DNA of 64,000 nucleotides from an uncultured virus (IMG/VR IMGVR_UViG_3300027806_000040). Lineage: Duplodnaviria; Heunggongvirae; Uroviricota; Caudoviricetes. The number at the start of each line of letters is the position of its first letter. The first letter of the stretch is position 1. The translations under genes and the position numbers were made by a program. The stretch lies in the IMG/VR virus record IMGVR_UViG_3300027806_000040; one strand, 5' to 3'. Below, one piece after another: positions 57,743 to 64,000 of this stretch. The notes beneath the pieces were generated by a model. That model worked only from the letters and a program-made list of their open reading frames with translations, ran no database searches and was not told the origin of the DNA.

Positions 57743-58747
57743 ATGTCAATGTTCGGCTGGGGACTCCCGTCCCAAACACTCCAAGAGAAAATTGATGCAG
57801 AACGTCGGGAACGGGAAGCCTTGGAGCTTCTTGTTCCTGACCGTATGTGTCACCATGATAATCGGGCCGTTGCGAATGACCAATTGCTGGCTGAAGTCAA
57901 GCAGATTCAACAAGCCAACGGTATTGATGATGGCTTCTGCTTCTTGTACCTCATTGAAGCAATCTGGGGTTTCCAGTTCGAGTGGCTCCCACAACTCATT
58001 GGTTCGTGTGTCGCGTCCGGTGATATGCGAACGACTGCCTACCGCATGGCGGCGGAGGTTTTTCTGCTCAATCAACCGGAGAGTATCTTCGGTGATAAAA
58101 TTGTTGGACCAATGAACCTTGCTCCTTTCGCTCCGTACAATTACCGTATGGGTCGAGATGCAGCAGGGATCAACGGTTCCAGTGACGGCTCGCTGTGTCT
58201 ACCACACATCAAAGGGAAGATGAAGTACGGTCATCTCCCTTGCTCTACTCCTGGACTTGTAAGCGACGCCTTTCCGGAACCGCAAGACATGCCTCTCTAC
58301 CGTCGCTGGGGAGCAGGCAACACGCTGGCCAGTCAGTATCATTCTGTCGCCAGCCAATATGTGTTGGAAGAATCGGAGAATGTCAAGACTGTTGATACTG
58401 GCATCACTCTGATCAATCAGTTTAAGCCACAGAACAATTGTTCAGGTTTCGCTTTCAAGAAGCGAGGCCCGATTCCTGGTTGGAAGCTAGCCGATGGGTC
58501 ACAAGTTGACCTCTGGACAATTGATCCAGCCAACTCATGGCAACATAACATGAGTATCATTGGGTATGTGACCGTTAAGGGCACAATGTACGAGATTTGG
58601 GAAAACTCATGGGGCAAGTATCACAGCAACCGCCGTTGGTTCCCAATTTCGATGGACGATGCCGCTCGCGTAGTTGCTCGCTCGGAACGACAATCCGTTG
58701 GCGAAATGAATCTCACGAACACTGGACCAGCATGGCCGGAGGAATAA
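57743..58747 (+). CDS. Papain-like (C1) cysteine protease
   Basis: QLIGSCVA, WQHNMSIIGY, WENSWG catalytic motifs. Confidence 0.82.
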   Translation: MSMFGWGLPSQTLQEKIDAERREREALELLVPDRMCHHDNRAVANDQLLAEVKQIQQANGIDDGFCFLYLIEAIWGFQFEWLPQLIGSCVASGDMRTTAYRMAAEVFLLNQPESIFGDKIVGPMNLAPFAPYNYRMGRDAAGINGSSDGSLCLPHIKGKMKYGHLPCSTPGLVSDAFPEPQDMPLYRRWGAGNTLASQYHSVASQYVLEESENVKTVDTGITLINQFKPQNNCSGFAFKKRGPIPGWKLADGSQVDLWTIDPANSWQHNMSIIGYVTVKGTMYEIWENSWGKYHSNRRWFPISMDDAARVVARSERQSVGEMNLTNTGPAWPEE

Positions 58748-58748
58748 C

Positions 58749-59123
58749 ATGGAAGATGGTTGGGCAAAGTGGTTGGAAAATCAAGGCCCATTATGGGTCA
58801 TTTATTCCCTAACAATTGTTGGAATTGTAACACTTGTACGTCAATTATTCAAATATTTGCCGATTTTATTTGACAAACATTTGGCTTTACTCGAACGGAC
58901 AACTGATTCAGTATCAAAGTCGTCGGAAGCCATTGTGAAACTAACTGCGGCAGTAGAAGATAATACTTTTGAAGTGAATCGACAACAAATTCACATCTCT
59001 GATGCTGCCAGACCTTTCGCCAAGGCAATGGTTGCAATGGCCAATGCTGAAAGTAAAGACGATGTTCGTCAACACTTGAACGAAATGGAAAATATTCTGT
59101 CTCGAATGAAGAATGTAAATTAG
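58749..59123 (+). CDS. Holin-like single-TM coiled-coil protein
   Basis: GGAGG RBS; N-terminal TM GPLWVIYSLTIVGIVTLV then coiled coil. Confidence 0.5.
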   Translation: MEDGWAKWLENQGPLWVIYSLTIVGIVTLVRQLFKYLPILFDKHLALLERTTDSVSKSSEAIVKLTAAVEDNTFEVNRQQIHISDAARPFAKAMVAMANAESKDDVRQHLNEMENILSRMKNVN

Positions 59124-59230
59124 GTGGACCTGCAATACAACCCGAAGATATTAACTTGACACGGGTTTTGATAAACACTTCAATAAGATTGTTTCAGAAT
59201 AGCTGGCAACTTTCACCCCACAGGTCGTAA

Positions 59231-62200
59231 ATGCCTCCTCTTGCATTTTTAAGCAGTTCGATTCTCGATTCGACAGCGGCAGGCCGTTCTATCCTGACTG
59301 CGGCGAATGCTGCTGCGCAGCGGTCGCTGCTGGGACTCACGGCATGGGCGGTTGCGGCATACCCGTCCAATGCTTCTGGGATTTTGCGAAATAACGGGAC
59401 TGGCACGTTATCTTGGGACACCGCTACCTATTTGACCGGAAACCAAACGGTCACTTTATCTGGTGACGTTACTGGTTCGGGCGCAACGGCAATCACAGCC
59501 ACGATTGGAAATGGGGCGGTATCGCTCTCGAAAATGGCGAACCTCGCCGCCAATTCAATCGTTGGCAACAACACTGGTTCGGCGGCAACGCCTTTGGCGC
59601 TCACGGGCACGCAGGTTACCGCGATGCTCGACACGTTTACAAGCTCAGCGAAAGGGTTGGTCGCTGCTTCCGGTGGCGGGACGACTAATTTCCTCCGTGC
59701 AGACGGAACTTGGGCCGCGCCTCCTGGCGGCGGCGGCGCAGCGTGGGGAAGTATCACAGGAACGCTCTCCAGCCAAACAGACCTGAATACGGCGCTCAAT
59801 GCCCTTTTGCCGCTGGCCGGTGGAACAATGACCGGGACGATTACTTCGTCAATTGGCACCATTACGGCTTCGACTCCATCGCTCGACGCCACGCAAAACT
59901 GGAACAACTCAGGCGTGACGTTTACCGGCTGGCGACTCAACGTCACAGACACGGCGAGCGCGGTAGCATCGTTGTTGGTCAATCTTCAAGTTGGCGGCAC
60001 AAGTGTTTTCAGCGTCACGAAAGCTGGATTGGCCACTGTTACCGACAGGCTGGCGTTTTCGTCGGTTGCTGCTCAACCAAGATTGCGCCGCCAAGGCAAC
60101 ATCTTAGATGTTGTCTCTAACGATGAACTTTCTTTCGGAACATTTCGTTGCGGCACGTTTTCATTATGGACTGACACCATATTAGAGCGAGACGCGGCTG
60201 GAAATCTTGCCCAGCGCAACGGGGTCAACGCTCAAACCTTCCGCGTTTACAACACGTTTACTGATTCAAGCAACTACGAGCGAGCAAAGGTTGCGTGGGA
60301 ATCGAACGTCCTGCGAATTGGGACAGAGAAATTAGGGACCGGCACCGCCCGCGCATTGGAAATTCAAACCGATGGCGTTACGCGCATGACGTTTGCAACT
60401 AGCGCGACGGTTACGGTGAATGGAGGCCTAGCTGTTCAAAGTAGTGCTATCGCGCTGATTGGAAACGTGTCTGTCGCTGGGGCGGCAAACAACTTTTTGT
60501 ATGATGCCGCAGGTGGTAGTTCTTACACAGGAACTAGCCTTCAAACGGCATTATTCGCTGCGCGTTCAGGGTTTGCACCAACCAGCGGAACCATGACGTT
60601 CACTGGTTTCCTGTTTAACAGCACAATCAACCAAACTGGCGGTGCGAACGGAATTACTCGCGGGTTGCATATCAACCCTACATTTACAACCGCCGCCGAT
60701 TTCAGGGCAATCGAAACTACAGTAGGGCCGTGGGTTCTCACTGATTCTTATGCGGCTGGTTCTGGTTCTTTGGCTGGTTCTGCGTTATCAATCAGCCAAA
60801 CGTGGAACACTACCGGCACCCCAACTGCGATTCAGTTAAACGTCACTGACACGGCGAGCAATGCGCTAAGTTCGCTAGTGAATTTGCGGGTTGGTGGGTC
60901 GAGTCGGTTCAGGGTTGAAAAATCCGGTGTCGTTTACGCACAATCGTCTATCGTTTCAACCGCTGGAAACTTGCAGGCGGCAGGCGAGATTTACACTCAA
61001 GGTTCATCAAGTAGGATTGGCTGGCAACCGGGCGGAACGTGGGATTTAACGCTATTCCGTGATGCTGCGAACATACTCGCACAGCGCAACGGGGTCAACG
61101 CCCAAGCCTTCCGCGTTTACAACACATTCACCGATATCAACAACTTTGAACGCGGCAAGTTCGCTTGGGAATCGAACGTCCTGCGAATCGGTACGGAGAA
61201 ACTTGGGACCGGCACCGCCCGCGCATTGGAGCTTCAAACCGATGGCGTGCAGCGTTTAAGGGTCAGTCAATCTGCTCCTGAATTTTGGTTAGGTACGGAT
61301 GCGAACGCCGCTAGTATCTTCTCATTTACTGGTGGAAATTTCACTGGACAAGCAAACGGCAGGGGCTTGGCAATCTTTGCTAGAACTCCCGCTTCGACAA
61401 ATGAAATAGGACTCGCCCTAACTGGGGACGCAATAGCCTTAACAGGTGGTTCCGGCAATACTCACTTGCTGATTCACCGACAGTTTTCACCTACGAGCGG
61501 CACAGGTGTGATGAACCTTGCCGAGTTTCGACCGGTTATCAACCAAACTGGCGGCGCGAACGGAATCACTCGCGGCATTTTCATCAATCCAACGCTGACC
61601 GCAGCGGCAGACTGGCGAGCAATCGAAGTTGCAAGCGGCATTACGATTCTTGGTCCATCAACAACAAGCAAGGCCAGCCTCAACATTCCATCCGGCAGCG
61701 ACCCGACTTCTCCCGCTCAAGGCGACTTGTGGGTCAATACCAGCGGCGACCTGCGATACCGAAACGCTTCCTCGACAATCACGCTCGGCAGCGGTGGCGG
61801 TGTTTCCGATGGCGACAAAGGCGATATCACGGTTTCCGGTTCAGGCGCAACGTGGACGATTGATAACGATGCGGTGACTTACGCGAAAATACAAAATGTT
61901 TCTGCTGCTAGTCGCATACTTGGTCGCGGCGCCGGGGGTGGCTCTGGTGACGTTGAAGAGTTGACATTAGGGAGCTATTTATATCTCAATGGAACAGTTT
62001 TGGGTGTTGCTTTTCCAGAACCACTTGAAATATTCACATTTGCCAACATTGCCGTGTCCGGTCAATCGACAGTTTCGGCAGACGGTTCCTCTGACACATT
62101 GACTTTGGTAGCGGGAAGCGGAATTTCAATCACGACAAACGCGACAACTGATACCGTTACCATTTCAGCCACAGGCGGTGGTGGTGGTGGTGGTGGTTTG

Positions 62201-62233
62201 TCTCGATACACAGCAATTGCACTGGGTTGGTAA
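59231..62233 (+). CDS. Long fibre protein with internal duplication
   Basis: G/T/A-rich; LAQRNGVNAQ.FRVYNTFTD...GTGTARALE.QTDG and INQTGGANGITRG each twice; FLRADGTW, DGDKGDITVS motifs. Confidence 0.8.
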   Translation: MPPLAFLSSSILDSTAAGRSILTAANAAAQRSLLGLTAWAVAAYPSNASGILRNNGTGTLSWDTATYLTGNQTVTLSGDVTGSGATAITATIGNGAVSLSKMANLAANSIVGNNTGSAATPLALTGTQVTAMLDTFTSSAKGLVAASGGGTTNFLRADGTWAAPPGGGGAAWGSITGTLSSQTDLNTALNALLPLAGGTMTGTITSSIGTITASTPSLDATQNWNNSGVTFTGWRLNVTDTASAVASLLVNLQVGGTSVFSVTKAGLATVTDRLAFSSVAAQPRLRRQGNILDVVSNDELSFGTFRCGTFSLWTDTILERDAAGNLAQRNGVNAQTFRVYNTFTDSSNYERAKVAWESNVLRIGTEKLGTGTARALEIQTDGVTRMTFATSATVTVNGGLAVQSSAIALIGNVSVAGAANNFLYDAAGGSSYTGTSLQTALFAARSGFAPTSGTMTFTGFLFNSTINQTGGANGITRGLHINPTFTTAADFRAIETTVGPWVLTDSYAAGSGSLAGSALSISQTWNTTGTPTAIQLNVTDTASNALSSLVNLRVGGSSRFRVEKSGVVYAQSSIVSTAGNLQAAGEIYTQGSSSRIGWQPGGTWDLTLFRDAANILAQRNGVNAQAFRVYNTFTDINNFERGKFAWESNVLRIGTEKLGTGTARALELQTDGVQRLRVSQSAPEFWLGTDANAASIFSFTGGNFTGQANGRGLAIFARTPASTNEIGLALTGDAIALTGGSGNTHLLIHRQFSPTSGTGVMNLAEFRPVINQTGGANGITRGIFINPTLTAAADWRAIEVASGITILGPSTTSKASLNIPSGSDPTSPAQGDLWVNTSGDLRYRNASSTITLGSGGGVSDGDKGDITVSGSGATWTIDNDAVTYAKIQNVSAASRILGRGAGGGSGDVEELTLGSYLYLNGTVLGVAFPEPLEIFTFANIAVSGQSTVSADGSSDTLTLVAGSGISITTNATTDTVTISATGGGGGGGGLSRYTAIALGW

Positions 62234-62812
62234 ATGAAACGAGTTGACACGACCGGATATACATTCTCAGCGTCGGGAAAGACCGTCACGTTTTCGCAGT
62301 TTGCGACCATCGGACTGGGCAGAATCTTTCTCATCAACAACAACACTCGCGGCGTCGTCATATACGACCCGAGTCAAACCAGCACAAAGGGCACGCTCTC
62401 TGGCTCGGTGCTGACCTTGGATTTTGATACGACCGGACACAACAACGCCGATTCGCTCTCGATTTTCTGGGATGATGGCACATTTGTATCTTCGGATACA
62501 CCGATGCCGGTTGTTGCCTACGGCGAGTTGGTTGAAGCCATCGAAGCTATGCGAATGGCTGTCCAATCGCTGGTAAACACAATCGGGATGGCTTTGCCCA
62601 ATGCTCAAGGATTTCCAATCATGGAAGTCCGGCAGGCAACGGCGGCAAACATGAACGTAACCGCGTCCGTTAGCGGTACAGTGACCTCCAACATCGGAAC
62701 CGGCTCACTGGCTAACCAAACTCAGATGGGCGGGTTTGCCGCAAACGACCAAATTCCGGCATTGATGCACTTGCAAGCCGACAGCCTTCGACGAAATATC
62801 ACCGTTACCTAA
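62234..62812 (+). CDS. Structural/decoration protein; C-terminus shared with 7614..8063
   Basis: YTF....KTVTF...LI.N N-terminal domain; GELVEAIEAMRMAV... shared C-terminus. Confidence 0.75.
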   Translation: MKRVDTTGYTFSASGKTVTFSQFATIGLGRIFLINNNTRGVVIYDPSQTSTKGTLSGSVLTLDFDTTGHNNADSLSIFWDDGTFVSSDTPMPVVAYGELVEAIEAMRMAVQSLVNTIGMALPNAQGFPIMEVRQATAANMNVTASVSGTVTSNIGTGSLANQTQMGGFAANDQIPALMHLQADSLRRNITVT

Positions 62813-64000
62813 GAGGAAAACATGCCAACAACCAACGGCAATCGAAGAATACTAGATTTGAAGCGGTGGGAGTCCTGCTCACTGTACCCGCTTTCTGCGA
62901 CAGCGGCGGCGCATTTCATCGTGTCGAGCCGACACCACAGGCAACAGCAATTGCTGGTTTCGTCTAACACTGTCGCTCACATGTATAACCCGAATGAAAA
63001 TGCGTGGATTTCCTTGCCTTCGCCGGGTCTTGCGGGCACGTTTGGCGCTGGTGCTTGTGGAGTTGCTGGTTCGTTCTCGACCGGAACCACTGTGGCAGCG
63101 TCGAGCCTGACGGCGACCGCAGGAACCACGACCAGTATCACGACCAATCAAACGCTTGCCCGTGACCTTCGCGGCTACTCGGTTTACTTTGTCGGCGGAA
63201 CCAATGCGGGCAAACTCAAGACGATTGCCTCAAACACAATCGGAACGAATGCCATCATTACGTTTACCGATGCGGAGGCAGTCGCGTTTGACAACACTTC
63301 GCAATATCGTCTCAAGACTCCGGTGTTTTATGCGGTCGGTGCGGGAACGCTGGCTTCGGCCAGTTTCCGTAAATACTGTTTCGCAACAAACTCTTGGACA
63401 ACACTGAGTCAGACCGGCCTACCGGCGACGATTGGAACTGACGGGAAGCTCGTTTCCACTCCAGCTTGGATTGATAGTGGCTTCAAGAGTTTTGCGACCG
63501 GGACGGCAACATCGGGCGCGGCGGCAACGCTTACCAATACTGGCAAGAATTGGACGGTCAACCAGTGGACGAATTATCAGATTCGAATCACTGCCGGGAC
63601 CGGGGCCGGGCAGATTCGAACGGTTGCGAGCAACACTTCGACCGTTATCACGGTTTCAAGCAACTGGACGACCCAGCCAGACGCAACCTCGCAGTATAGC
63701 CTTGAAGGAAATGACGATTTCATTTACTTCATGGGCAATAATGCCGTCACGCTTTATCGGTATTCGATTGTGGGCAACACTTGGTCAACGCTAACTCCTG
63801 TTGCTGCCCGCGCTGCCGCGCCCGGTGCGGGAATGTCAGGCCACTGGATTCATTCGGTGTCGGCAAGCGATTGGACAAACGAAAACGCAATCCTGAACGG
63901 TCGCTACATCTACAGCTTCCAAGGCGGCAACACGACCAACCTGCATCGGTACGACATTGCCGGTAACACTTGGGCGACGATTACCTACGCACCTCCCGGC
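62522..64000 (+). repeat. Direct repeat copy 2 (partner 7773-9251), runs off the window
   Basis: Direct sequence comparison. Confidence 0.95.
62822..64000 (+). CDS. Kelch-like beta-propeller protein, second copy (partial)
   Basis: Near-identical to 8073..9512; open to the window end. Confidence 0.85.
   Translation, partial: MPTTNGNRRILDLKRWESCSLYPLSATAAAHFIVSSRHHRQQQLLVSSNTVAHMYNPNENAWISLPSPGLAGTFGAGACGVAGSFSTGTTVAASSLTATAGTTTSITTNQTLARDLRGYSVYFVGGTNAGKLKTIASNTIGTNAIITFTDAEAVAFDNTSQYRLKTPVFYAVGAGTLASASFRKYCFATNSWTTLSQTGLPATIGTDGKLVSTPAWIDSGFKSFATGTATSGAAATLTNTGKNWTVNQWTNYQIRITAGTGAGQIRTVASNTSTVITVSSNWTTQPDATSQYSLEGNDDFIYFMGNNAVTLYRYSIVGNTWSTLTPVAARAAAPGAGMSGHWIHSVSASDWTNENAILNGRYIYSFQGGNTTNLHRYDIAGNTWATITYAPPG

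Larger units (their letters stand above)
7773..62521. mobile_element. Apparently complete 54,749-bp siphovirus-like genome (phage B), circularly permuted
   Basis: Full packaging, head, tail and replication gene set between direct repeats; joining the ends gives a continuous terS-to-terL late operon. Confidence 0.75.

Noticed and set aside
59156..59190. Sigma-70 promoter before the long fibre gene
   Set aside because: TTGACA is present but there is no convincing -10 at 16-18 nt spacing
60200..61600. Diversity-generating retroelement TR/VR pair in the fibre gene
   Set aside because: Both copies are in-frame coding, mismatches are not adenine-specific, and no reverse transcriptase is present
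62522..64000. Simple terminal redundancy or circular-assembly overlap
   Set aside because: Copies differ at many synonymous sites and have unrelated upstream sequence
1..64000. Integrated prophage with host flanks; tRNA or rRNA genes
   Set aside because: No integrase, att-like short repeat, host housekeeping genes, cloverleaf or rRNA-like sequence recognised by eye

Overview
The window is entirely bacteriophage DNA and appears to join two different phage genomes. Positions ~7.8-62.5 kb form an apparently complete, circularly permuted 54,749-bp siphovirus-like genome ('phage B'). It carries a lambda GpA-type terminase, portal, P22-like capsid, a tail with a -1 frameshifted chaperone and tape measure, AEP primase-SF3 helicase, PolA, SNF2 helicase, ligase, a Dam-class MTase, three ParB-fold proteins, a small sigma-like factor and nucleotide-pool enzymes; no integrase, repressor, ParA or classical endolysin was seen. 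It is bounded by a diverged direct repeat of at least 1.48 kb (7773-9251 / 62522-64000) inside a fibre/decoration module. Positions 1-~7.8 kb come from a visibly more GC-rich 'phage A' (initiator end, PAPS-reductase-like gene, helicase loader, alpha-CTD-like protein, secreted trypsin-like protease, fibres). A Planctomycetota host is inferred but not proven. The most notable signals: (i) strong enrichment of GTATCA/TGATAC confined to phage B, plus an exact 14-mer (AGTATCGTATCATG, 4 copies) upstream of two of the three parB-like genes; (ii) five 30-bp palindromic boxes linked to ECF-like promoters; (iii) protease-containing cassettes in place of an endolysin in both phages; (iv) a candidate three-way-junction RNA and a diverged inverted repeat linking two control regions. 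All motif counts are by hand and all family calls come from motif recognition; no database search was run.
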